Below are positions 1 to 11,964 of a DNA stretch of 20,000 nt, in pieces. A program made the position numbers and the translations under genes. Origin of the DNA: Catajapyx aquilonaris (lineage: Eukaryota); assembly GCA_000934665.2 (NCBI GenBank), contig KZ538064.1, positions 123,049 to 143,048 on the forward strand. The letters are read 5' to 3'. Under the pieces are notes generated by a model. That model had not been told where the DNA came from. It ran no database searches and saw nothing but the letters and a program-made list of their open reading frames with translations. The number at the start of each line of letters is the position of its first letter. Position 1 is the first letter of the stretch.

Positions 1-2680
1 TGGAGGGTGTTCCTTAAGATGTCTGTTTTAATTTCTTCGAAAATTCTAATTAAAACCTTGCTACACTTTCTGTGCATTCGGCTGCATTATAAAAGTGCTA
101 ACTATCGCTTTGTCACTTCCGGAAATAATTTGAAATAATCTTTACCATGTGTTTGCCACAGATGGTTGGTGGGTGGAATCAGGATTTCCCCTAATTTTCA
201 CACCGATAATTAAAATGACAGTTAATATGCAAATGCGTATTTCCTATGGTACTGAATTCGCCAATATCAAGTGAAGAAATCGTACAACGGTATTTAAATG
301 GCAAACGACAGACCTTACGTAATGTGAAAATAAAACTTTCTCCCTGCGGTCTCGCTTCATCCTGGAAGTAAGTCAGCCAGTGAGCCTCTCGTGGCGGTCA
401 TATTGCCAGCGTTGCAGGGGCGACGTCACATCGCGTGGTTTCAAACTTGCGGAATGAAACTCTCTGCAAAATTGAAATATTATAGCATCGAGAAATTCCC
501 CTGCAATATCACAATGCCATTTTCCACACCATGTAGCATTCCATGCCCCAAGCAGTAATGGAGTATGTACACCGGGCTGATTATTCTCATTACGTATGCA
601 TGACAGGCACCGCATACTGTACACACCTGTCCTAATCAAAACGTTCCAACTAATCTAACGAACACGTTCTCAAGAAATAATTACCTAAAGCTTGCCCCCC
701 CTTTTTGGGATATAATCAGAGCTGATATTTTTAAACCCATTTTCATGCTGCAACTACTGTACTCTGCTTTCAATAATCTGACTAATAAGTTTGCATTTTG
801 TGCAGCGCGATGTATAAAGTATCCATGTCAACTCACAAGTTATGCCGCGTTGTAATGAATGCGATGTGCAGTACATGCAATCCGAATGGTTAAAACAAGT
901 TACGGCAAAAGTAACCCTGTGTCATTACACTGTTTAATAATACTGGAATAACATCTACAAACACCTATAGTTCTTCATGCTCACCCCAAATTGTTAAAAT
1001 AATTTGTTCAGTTTGTATAATTATGTACGGCATATTTTTTTGCTTTTACTTCTAGGTAATTATTAGTTTATTTCAATAACTCCCACTCTGTTAATAAGAA
1101 TGTCCGTTCCTGTGTAATAAATAATTATACTCCAAAGAGGAACTTCCATAAGGATAATGATATAGCCCAAACGGTTATATGACTAATCCTAGAAATGCTT
1201 AATAATAGACTCTACACTGTATCATACTCTAGCGCAATCCTGATCTTTTACTGCATCAGACGACTAAATTAGCTTTCAGAATGTGTACAATGCAGTTAAT
1301 GCACAAGTCCTAATTGTTGAAGGCAAGTTACGCCTTAAAATCAAGGCTATAGGCAATCCTGGGTGGCATTTAAGGTACAGTATTTAGGTATAGTCCCCCC
1401 CGTGACATAACTGCCTTTGAATGGGCATCGATTGCCCTGAATGTCAATCGGATTGCAGTGTTCCAGGTGATTTAAGGCTGTACTGTAACTCTCTTGGTCC
1501 AATTCCCTGCAGGCTATAGTCCCAATCTTATAGGAGGACAAACAGCGAAAAAATAGTAAGGTGATGTCAACAGGTCGATTTAATTAATTTCCCGAGCGAA
1601 GGAGTTAAACCCGTAAGTTTGGCTTACGGATAATTACAGTATTAACTCCGACCGAATCGTCAAGCTGGAAGGAAAATGAAACTCAGGGAACTGCAATCCA
1701 ATGTCTATACCTTTCCTCCTTTTTTTCGTCTTTTTCAAATTGCAACACAAGTGTAATTAGTGTCAGATGTGCCGAAACCCCGTCTTCTTCATGCAGAAAC
1801 CACGGAAGTTTCCTCGATTTGTTCATAACAACTGAAGAAGCGATTATTGCTCTTACAAGAGACAAACTTCTGAAACTTAAGGAGGAAAATATCTAATTAG
1901 CGTGAACCTCAACTGTTGATCTAGTGATCATCAAAACAGCTCATCCAAATGTAGCTCCATCGATTAATCGTCTGGAGGAGATAATCTCATCCTGAGGTGC
2001 ACCCACGACTTCCGCGGGGTGTAATGACGACGGTTAATTATTTACCCAGCCTCAATTATTGAGACGTGTAATTACTGAACAACTGACAGGAGTTGCATCA
2101 AACGTGACTTGTACGCGAGACCTCCGGGAATGATCTAGCCTCAAGTGATTTTCCTCTCGGCAGAATTTACCAGGGGTTGTCCTGAGTGACAGAGGAAGTA
2201 TGGACATGCCGCATGAAATTTTCTACCTTCGGCTATAATTACCGCGCTGGAACAAGTTGACATGTCTGTCGCGCCAACAGGAGTTTGCAAACGCCCATTT
2301 TCCCATTATGGCGGCCCAGCTGGAATACAAAGCGAGAGCCCCGGACAAAATTCTGCCCCAGTTTGCGACCCGGTATAGTGTCACATTGAGAGCGACCTTG
2401 ACCTCTAAAAAAAAGAAGCAAGAGACATTATTATCTGCTGGCACGGTGCTTGAGCCAATCTGATCCTTGTTGTCGGAGGAGAAACAAAAATTATGCAAGT
2501 TTCCCACCAGCAAATGCAGAGTTATATATACATTGGCGCCAACTCCACAGATCGTAATGCAAGGCAATTTATCAGTCAATCTCTTAGAAACTAAGCACAG
2601 TCTGCAGGAAGCTGGAGTTTGGCCTGATTGAAAGCTTCCTCCCTAGTTTCTTTGAAAGGATCACTAATGAAAAGAACTGG

Positions 2681-2682
<2 letters not shown>

Positions 2683-2737
<55 letters not shown>
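2683..2737 (+). repeat. (TC)n microsatellite, about 27 units
   Basis: Uninterrupted TC dinucleotide run in the GPCR intron. Confidence 0.99.
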
Positions 2738-2742
<5 letters not shown>

Positions 2743-4560
2743 CACCCACCCATCTTCCACACCCACTTCACCTCTTCCAACCATTCGTTTTCTTTTTCCG
2801 GCAACGTCGTTAACTTGGAAAAGAACGTATTGCCTTTGTCTGCAGGGAATATTGAGCCTCTAGTTCTCTAGACGCACACGTGTCACTTTTTGCACCCCAA
2901 AAAAATTCAGACGTGTCTGGGTTCCCACGGGTAAATGCATAACATCTGTATTAAAGTTACAGGCTCGAAACAACCTCTAAAGTCACCTTGGAAGAAATGT
3001 GGCGGAAAGCATCGTTGCTTAGACAGCAACAAAGTTGTTCAGTCACCCGCTACTACCTTGTAATATGGCAACGAGGAGCATTTGCTGGCAAATGTATCAA
3101 TCACTTCCATGATAATTGAAATTAATATTTCTCCAGCGCCTTCTGTGGCCTTTTCAATTTCAAACATTTAAAAACGAATTATGGGTGTTCACTACTCACA
3201 TTGCAGAAAGAAAAACTTGCTTTCACTTTTGCGTCGAATCATACATTTTAGAACGCAGATGAACATACAATTAGCTCGGGATATACTCTATGATAATTAT
3301 GTGAACGACTGATCTAGAGCCCTTTTCGTCAGCTATGTCAGCAACCTTTGCCAGTGAACAATGTCATTTCATAGTCTTGCTCTTAACATCTCTTATAGCA
3401 TCTTCTGAAAGTAAATTCCACTCCTTTTTGTCACGAGCCTCTCCAGGCCCAATGCAAACTTTTCACAATTCTTTTTTCAACAGTTCTTTTCAGACCAGCA
3501 AACATAGAAGTAAGTGCCTGTCGGGGTTACTGCCTCGAAGGAAACGCGCCCACAAAAGGAAAACCAAATTATCCGCTATATATGGATCTGTGCTAAACGT
3601 ATTGATATTTCCTAGCCTCATTGTGTGCTCTCCTTTCGATATACTCTGGCTTCCCCAATTGTTACAAACTGAATAGAAAAAAAAACGCCCGGGATGTTCG
3701 CCCTCTCACCCAGCATTACTAATTAAAATAGAGCTAGCATGATGCACAGACTGCAAATATATTTTTTTTTAAATCCGACTATTTTTTTGTTTCGTTCAGC
3801 AAGTTTCCTGACAGAACAGCAACCACGAGCGGTTTCAACCCACGTAACTGACTAATACTCAGAATTTTTCTCCGCATCAGGTGGTCAAAACCAACTCAAG
3901 CGTCGTTTGTGCCATCACCCGCCGGTAATAATCCCCAATCTCACAAATGGAGAGAGGGAAACCCTTTTGAGGCATTTAGAGACTTATCGTCCGGGTTCCT
4001 TTGAGAATCACCCGTGTGATTGCATCCATTCATTCGGCTCGTCAAATGGATGCAGTCAAGAGGGAGGGCTTGTTAGGGATCTTGAATCTGCCGAATAGGA
4101 CTGTGATTGGACTAACGGCGCAGTGTGACAGGGCTAATATTATACATGCCCATTTACGTCGCAGTGTGTGAACATCCGGCTAAATCGTAGCACAACATGT
4201 TGTTCATTTTCCATTTTCGTCGCGTACTCACTGTATATAGGCAGTATCATCTCTCAAGATGACTTTTAACAATGTCGTGCATATGCAAATTGTCCTTTCC
4301 GTTGCACCTACACCTTAACAGAACTTCCTGTTCGTACAAATTGCTATTAGCCTGACGCTCATGATGGAGCAAACGCAGTGGAACTTTTCATACCTCCAAC
4401 GTCACCTCAACTTCTGCGCCGCACTCCAAACTTTAATGACGAACATGACGTCCTTCGCATTCTAATTACGCGTAAACTGATCATGGGGAACATCGCACTA
4501 TAAGTCGTTAGTTGGTTTAATTGCCTTCGTTTCCTGTATACTGTGTGATTCTACCTGCAG

Positions 4561-4916
4561 ACGCGCTGTGCAGCCGGTGCGACATACCAGGCCCTTTGTT
4601 CGACGTCTTCTTCTGGTTGGGCTACTTCAACAGCTGCCTGAACCCTTTCATCTACGCCTCGACGTCCAGGGACTTCCAGAGGGCCTTCCAGAGGATCCTG
4701 TGCCGCCGGAGCAAGCTGAGGTCCAGCCTCCAAAACTCTCCGGCCAAGACCTACTGGACGTCCACCCTGCACCTGAGGGGGGTCAGGACGCCGTCGGTGC
4801 CGACGCCGCCGACGCCTCCGACGTCGCAGCCGCAGCAACACCCGCCAGAACTCAACGGGACCAGCAGGTGCAACAGCAACACCAGATCTACAAACAGCTC
4901 TCTCAGCTGGAAGTAG
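4561..4916 (+). CDS. Terminal coding exon of a biogenic-amine class A GPCR (ECL3, TM7, helix 8, C-tail); alpha-1-adrenergic-like
   Basis: Pyrimidine-rich acceptor ttcgtttcctg...ctacctgcag ends at 4560 (phase 1). Translation [47 protein letters not shown] has the aminergic TM7 WLGY-NS and NPxxY motifs, helix 8 FxxAFxxIL and a Cys palmitoylation site. Sharp rise in GC; stop TAG 4914-4916. Receptor subtype is less certain than family. Confidence 0.93.
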
Positions 4917-7900
4917 TCAAATGAGCTGAATATGCTCTTACTTGTGATCGAATTAGGCGCACAGTATTACCGGTATTTTTTGTGGATTTTCGCCGGGTCA
5001 AAATGACATGGACAAGTTAATGCCATGTTTACTCGGGTGTAAGTTTACAGATATCCAGCAGACTCTCCGCTCTTTCGGTGCACCGATCTCAAAGTGTATA
5101 TAGGCCTGGGAGAGTACCAGTGTATCAAGTGTCCAAAGAGTGGAGTTAGTACAATAGCAATTTCGTCACAGTCACATTCCCAGTAATAAGTAACGACAAA
5201 TAGCTCTGGATTCATCTACATACTGTATACATACTATGGGCACTTCCAGTCTGATTCTACACACAATGCCCCTTATGATGCGCCCATCCTGTCGAATTCC
5301 GACAGGACAGGCGAATCTTCTGTATGCATATTGCTTTTTGTCATTACCTCCCAATAGCAGAAATAACGTGCACATATGTCAGAAATTAAACGTTCTCGAC
5401 CCAGTATTTTCAAACATAATTTATTTACTGTACTATACTAGGATATAGGAACGTCTTGGATCACTATTCATCGGGGTGTCCACAGCACCCGTACATTCCA
5501 GACACTGTAGATTTACATCCGAGTAAATTTAGGCCAGATGTATACACGTAGTTGTATACTAGAAACAGTAGAAAGGCCGGCCTTCCCGCCCAACCAAAGG
5601 TTGTTGGACAATAATACCTGACCGCTGACAGCACCTTTCATAGACTTTGTGAAGTACAGCGGAGCAAACCTTGTTGGTGCTGAAGTCTAATGTTCATGCC
5701 ACTAATGATATTCCCTCTTGTTCTCAGTTAAGCACATGTTCCTTACGGGAATGATTGGGACAAGGTGCGACGACGCCAAAGTGAAATTTACCTCGAGCTT
5801 TTCGTGAAACTATAGTTTGAGTATAGTCACGTCTTTTGTACAAAACTATTCTCCGTATATTATAGATATATTTATAGGACGGTTCCATCTAGTCGTACTC
5901 TTAACTTGATGGGCACACAGTCTCTGAGGGTGTTTTGTGACTATAATGTTAGGAACAAGTTAAGAGCTTAATTCGAATATATGGAAACTGTATACAATAC
6001 TGAGAATTTTGAAATTTTAGTTAATGTAGTGAGGCAGATAATGAGAGAGAGACTGAAAACATTTTGAGCAACATAGTTCGTGTAAATGTGTATAGGCTTG
6101 TACTTCGTCGTTGGCTAGAGGCAACTAGAAAGTTTTCACCCTGCCGTACAGTTAAACTGACCAAAATATCGGGGCACAAAAACTGAAAAAAGTGTAACAG
6201 TGTGTTTCACTTCCTCAAAGTTCATTTGCATTATTATTAATGGTCCTTATAATTTTTAAACAAGCCCGAATGATCGTGTCGTTTGTTGAAGACCTATGTA
6301 TTTATTCGGAATGTCCGTTCCGGCGGGCGGTACCGATATCAAGAGCGAAAGATCAGAAGGACTCATCATGACTCAGTGGAGGCGGGGTGGGGATAAAATG
6401 TTTAAAAATTCTAGTTCAAAGTACTCGCTGCTACAGTATATGTTCAAATGGAATATGTCTCGATGATGCATAAATAATACTGTAATTAGGTCCTTCCTCC
6501 CTCGCGCACATTACCTGCTCATATGCCAGGTCTCTTCTGATCATTCACCCAAAAAGCTGCACACGTTACATATAAACTGCCATTGTTGACGATAGTTGCA
6601 CAGTATACGTGTATTTTTTTTTTCTTCGTCTCCGTTGTAGCCCCATTTTTTTATTTTCAGTGGTGGTTAGAAAGTGTCTGCTGCACACCAATTTGGCTAA
6701 CCACTGGCATATACAATGTCGACCTTGTGGTAAGCTATATTTGCCCCTCGGAAACGTGAGGTACTCTCAGCAGCATTGAGGTGTGGACAAACACCCCCCC
6801 CCCCCATACCGAATAAAAACACTATCTAACTGTTGTCTGGACCCACTTCAGATCCTTTTCTGCTCGACAATATTCCGACACATCATGCTTTGTATGCCCA
6901 CCGCTTTGCAGGGCTCCCTTCCTGACAAAATTTCGTTTTGTGCTATCCCGCTCGAATCCCAACATTCATTTTTTTTTTTCCTTCTCCGATCCTATCACGT
7001 TGCACAATGCCCAGCTTTTTTTAATGGTACTAAAAGTACCTCTTCCCAACTGTAAGCAGAGTACCTCGAGGCATCACAATCCACCTTGCGATTCCCCTCT
7101 CCAGATCCTGAGACGGTATATTTATATCGCCAGTCCTGCTTGAATATTGTTCATTATAAACCTTCATCACGCGGTCTGGAATTTACAGGGTGCTGTAATT
7201 AAAATTAAGCACAGAAATTTTCCGGTGAGTTATAATAATGCCTTTTAAAAATTCCGCTTCGGCACTACACTGCCTGAGATGTGTTTAGATCCGTCTGCTG
7301 GTTATACGAACAGTCCCCGCATGTAGTCAGCGGTTCTCAGAACTGACGGTCCTTTTTCCTTTCCCCGGAAGGAAATCGGTTTATCCCGCTCATTTCTAAC
7401 GCATGAGGACTGGGTATAATCCCGACCTGACGCTAAGTGGCCTGCTACCCAGTAGTCAGCTTCCCTAAAAGGGATTTTTCTTCCATCCTCATTAAAACTT
7501 GTGCAAATCCCATACTGCGAGGCTGGCATTATACCCCCGACTGCGGTAATGATCCGGAAAATGCGAGTGTGTGTTGAACACGTTCCGAAATTAACGCACA
7601 TTTCGGGAGAGGATGATTGAAGCACCCTGTACTTTTCCCGCCGGTTGAATCAAAAAATCATTAGCGGTGGACCTGTAAAATGGTGTGTATTTATGATATT
7701 GGGAACATATCGAGGCTGCATTAATCCACGCACTGTCGCAATCGATTTCCTATTTTTTTCTCTCTCTCTCTCTCTGCACTTCTGGTCTATTCGGCGTAAG
7801 TGATGGCACTCTAATGCAGTTGAAAGCCATCGCTTTTCCTGGGTGTTCAATCACACAGGTGGAAATTTTTCCCACAGGCAATCATCGATGACGCAAATTA

Positions 7901-9511
7901 ATGGCCCTAGCCATGCAAATTTCCTGCCCGCCTCGAAACCGTTTCCACGTGAACCTCGTCTCGCATTTCCCTTTCCCTTTTGTGTTTAGCTAATTGTGCA
8001 TTAAGTGTCGACTGGGGAAAAAACATACAAGCGCTCTATAGTACCTTATATTGTGTAAAAAAAAAACTCGAATGTTTGTGTTAATGCCCATGTAATTTTG
8101 GTTTTACGCACATACTATCGGGGACGTAAAGTTCTGGAAACTTGGGTCTCATAATCTGTGTCCTCTAACTCTGGCTCAGGGCAAATGGAGCCGCTTGTGA
8201 ACCGAAGTAACCTGAGGCAAAAGACCGGAACATTACGGATCCGACAGTAGCCTACAAATAAATTTATACTTACTGTATAAATAACAGCGATTGTTATTCA
8301 CCCGAGGCTTTATTTCACACCAGATTCATCGTTAGCAGGAAAACATTCGGTATGTCGGCAAATATACAGTATACTGCAACATACTGCACATACAGAGTGG
8401 TTTGTACAGTTTTTTATGATAATAGTTATGGAAACAAGTCTCAATGCTTCCTACTGCAGACACCGAATATTCCTGCTAACGACTTCGATTAGAATTTCAG
8501 CAACGCCTTACGCAGCAGTGACCAAACTTCATGAAAGGACGTACTCTTCACATATTCGAGTCAGAAGTGAAGGGTCGACCAAATCGGGTGGTACCCAACA
8601 CGCTGACGTTCATTAAGCCGTCGAGCACCTGCATTAGAAACATCCGAAGCGTAGGTCGAACCAGTACAACGTTGGCGTAGTCTATATACAGTGTAATTCC
8701 ATGTTGCGTATTTAGCTTTTGACGGTCTCTGGTGGAGCGCGTTCATGTCTCAAAGAGCAATACACGTCCCTTAGGGCTCATCCAACCGAACCATCGCGTC
8801 TCAATCCACGTGCTTGCTACACAAAGCATACACAGCAGCTCTCGGGAGGGTCCTATAAATCTCGTATTCAGCGTCACGAATAAAACGGCCAGGACATGAT
8901 GCGCACTCGAAGCTACTATAGAATCGAAAACCTATTCGGGGTTCTGGCTAAAACAAAACGTGACAGGCCATGCTTCAAACGTGCCGTTTGTCAAATGTAT
9001 TAGTTGCGGTGAGAATTATTCAAATTCAAATTACTGATAGATACACAGTTACGCAATGAGCTACACAAACAATAAAAATGCGCATAAATAATGCAAATGA
9101 GGGCGATAAAGAGAAGGCATGTACACACACACCCAATACAAAACTGTTTGAGTGCCATTATCAGTCAAACATCAATATTAGCAGACGCAGAATTTGTAGG
9201 TCAAGTCGCGTCAGCTTCAAGCTCCGGTGTAGGACCCTATCATGCATGCAGCATCTGTACAGTACAATAATCAGAAAACACAATCAACGTACAATTAAAC
9301 CCAACAAGATATTCTGTATAATTCCAGTACATTGTTCCAAGAGAGTGTCATACTGTCTGAATTTATATTATTTCGCAGAATGAGAAAGCCAATGCAGACG
9401 GAATTCAAAAGCAAAGGACAAGCCTCACAAATACTGATATGAAATAAAATATCAAGCCGCCTACACTGGTGACCCCATAATATGCTGTGACAAAATTCGC
9501 TTTCTTTCCCA

Positions 9512-9586
9512 TCGCAGAGGAGATGTAGGAATCAGTAGGCTGAGAGGGTTCAAAGCCTTCTGATTCCTATACATCTCTTCTGACGA
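9512..9586 (+). ncRNA. Candidate pre-miRNA hairpin
   Basis: 29 bp paired by hand, with one G:U wobble on the + strand, one U-U mismatch, 1-nt and 2-nt bulges and a 12-nt loop. The hairpin itself is certain; miRNA identity is inferred. Confidence 0.45.
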
Positions 9587-9832
9587 CCAGTCGTAATGAC
9601 GTTGTCCGAACTTCACGCTTGATCGGACCAAATGTCAACATGGAGGGATCCAATCGCTCCTGAAGATGACCTGTCCAATTTTCTTTCCAAAGTCAACAGG
9701 TAAGGGAGCCCTAATCAAGATCTACGAAACGAGGGACTTAAACACGTATTACATGTACACAAAAAAAGAGCTTCGGACAAACGCATCCTGGTACTATTCG
9801 ACCATCAGCACTGACAATGTGAAATTTTGGAA

Positions 9833-9853
9833 GGGGGGGGGGGGGGGGGNGGG
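9833..9853 (+). repeat. Poly-G homopolymer with an ambiguous base (N at 9850)
   Basis: Directly visible; true length is uncertain. Confidence 0.95.
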
Positions 9854-11958
9854 AAATCACCTCGTTAAAGGTCGTGCAGTGCCCAGGAGACTTTTTTTTT
9901 TTCCAACTTTTGTGCATATAATCAAAGGACAGGGGGCTTCAAGAATGTGGGATTAAATATGTGCTCATGAAATCGATTGTTTGAAATAAACTTTCAAAGG
10001 TCACAGTCAAGAGGGAGTTGAAAAGCGTCACATTTACGTACGTTCAAATATCAACCCATAATTTATTCAATGAAAAGTATTATGAGCAAAGTATTTGAAC
10101 TCCGGGGGAACAATTACTGCAGCTTGTTGAAATCAGCCCGGCACAAAACGCGTGTTTATTGACACGTAGGTGAATATAATATCTCGATCGACAGGGTTGG
10201 GAGAGAGTGGCGGCAACCACCTCCCAACAATATTCAAATTGGATTTCATACGATCGCTTGATCCGCATTGTAATCCAACTAGTTATGTGCCAATCGTTTA
10301 ATTAGGCGGCCTTTAATCAAAAGCAAGCCCGATGAATTGGCGAGGATTGACCCGGAATACAATGCACCAATACACACACATACACACATAATGTATATTC
10401 AGCAATCAGACCGGACTGCTTATTCAACATGTGTCCGGCTATGATTTGTAGAACTAGAGTTTGGGTCCGGGTTTCAAAAACAACTGAGGAGAGAGTCGTC
10501 CGGACTCATCGATCAGCTATGTAGTCAGCTGCTATCCTCGTCTACTTTCCCATCCATCATACACCTTTCCCATCCCGGACACGCACTGCCCATTGCAATC
10601 CAGTGTTTTATAATTTCACAATGTCACGACCTGTTGTGATTCTCTGTATATAAAAAGGCACGTCGTGTCACCACCCTCGACTACGATTCGGAAACATGTG
10701 GCCAACCATTCGGAAGCACATTTCTGGCTGAAAAATAGTGAAGGAAAATATGATGAGAAGGACGGAGGGGAAAAAAATAGGTTTGCTTTTCATTTGTGAG
10801 TGGTAATGAGCAGTGTCGACCTCTTCCTTCTTTAATTGCAGTGTTAACGAGTTGGTATCCAAACCAGCTCACTTCAATGCCAATCATTGTGAAAGGCATT
10901 ATCTTCACTGGAATGGGGAAGCTTACGAGACAGCCTCTGTTTTCTTTCCCAGCTTGAAGAATTGAGTAATGGAGCCTCTTCTTAATGGGCCGGGTGCAAA
11001 CAAGAGGACTAAGGTGCAGATGTGGCTACCAAAATGTGCTTTTGGGCGATTCAAAATACTAAACTCATCATGGCTGGAATGAAATTTGCCTGATTGCTTC
11101 TCGCGTTACGTCAGCTCCCATTGTACTATTGACAAAACACAGATCTTTGCACAAAGGGAATGATTTTTTTAAAGACCCGAGGCAATTTATCACCACATTC
11201 AGCTACTCAGAAGGAACTTACAGTTTTCGCTAAATTTGTACGAGGTAAGGATTTACTCGGGTTCACTTATAAGCCATTCACTAAAGCTGATTGCGATTCC
11301 AATTAAACAGGAGATGTATAAGCATGAGTGCAGGACTTTGGCTTGATTGCTCCTAGTTCCTGCTTGTTAAAATACTACGCAGAGGAATCTTCAGGTCAGG
11401 GGCATCTTAGCTGCAGTTACAGACTCTGCACAAGTTGCTTGAATCTCAAAGTTCAAGTTTCACAGTCTGGAACTCCTATAAAGTTGAATTACCATAATGT
11501 AACTTATCAAATAAAAATTCCCTTTTCAATTACAGGTAGCACAAATGTTCACTTTAAAGCACTCTTTCAGGGTCTATAAGTTTAAGTGGAGACTGCTAAG
11601 GTGTTATCTAATCAAGCATGTAAAAGTCTACTTGAACAACATCGCATCCAGAGATGTAATACCCTCACTAACTCAAAATAATCCCAACCAAGATGTGCAC
11701 ACACTACGCTTCCTGCTCCACCTGATTGCAACATAAACTCGAGGACAATTGGCGGGTGCAGAAACCACTAGTACCGCTGATTGAGTATGCCCTTGACAGA
11801 GCTCAAGATGATTCCATCACTTGTAGATACGGAGATGCAAAGGACTTGCTGCACAAAGACTTTCATGAAAGGGTCCAGCTCTTGCAGTTCCCCTGTCAAG
11901 TTAAATGCGTTCAAAGGATGACTGGTCCTGAACCAAACTCGGTCCCACATTCCCTCCA

Positions 11959-11964
11959 TTTATT
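11959..11964 (-). terminator. Candidate polyadenylation signal (AATAAA) for C20orf27
   Basis: First minus-strand AATAAA I found downstream of the stop codon (about 1.1 kb 3' UTR), followed by GU-rich sequence. Confidence 0.35.

Noticed and set aside
1344..1519. Direct repeat AGGCTATAG about 170 bp apart, as a possible hAT TSD
   Set aside because: No terminal inverted repeats inside the duplication.
2584..2813. ER/SL-repeat ORFs (and the poly-N/poly-Y ORFs at 14811-15111)
   Set aside because: Translations of the (TC)n and (TAA)n microsatellites.
4551..4924. Overlapping ORFs (4551-4841 minus; 4568-4924 plus) over the GPCR exon
   Set aside because: Shadow frames expected from a GC-rich coding exon; low-complexity translations with no recognisable homology.
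4914..5006. Possible stop-codon readthrough extension of the GPCR
   Set aside because: TAG-T is not a leaky context, and an open stretch of about 30 codons is unremarkable.
1098..6321. Shared 13-mer GAATGTCCGTTCC at about 1098 and 6309
   Set aside because: A few 13-mer matches are expected by chance in 20 kb; no flanking similarity.
10196..10228. Small hairpin GTTGGGAG...CTCCCAAC (also 6658-6706)
   Set aside because: Short stems within chance expectation; no Helitron CTRR end or other supporting context.
10878..10900. ATCATTGTGAAAG, resembling part of the bantam miRNA
   Set aside because: Seed (GAGATC) is absent and there is no complementary arm at hairpin distance.
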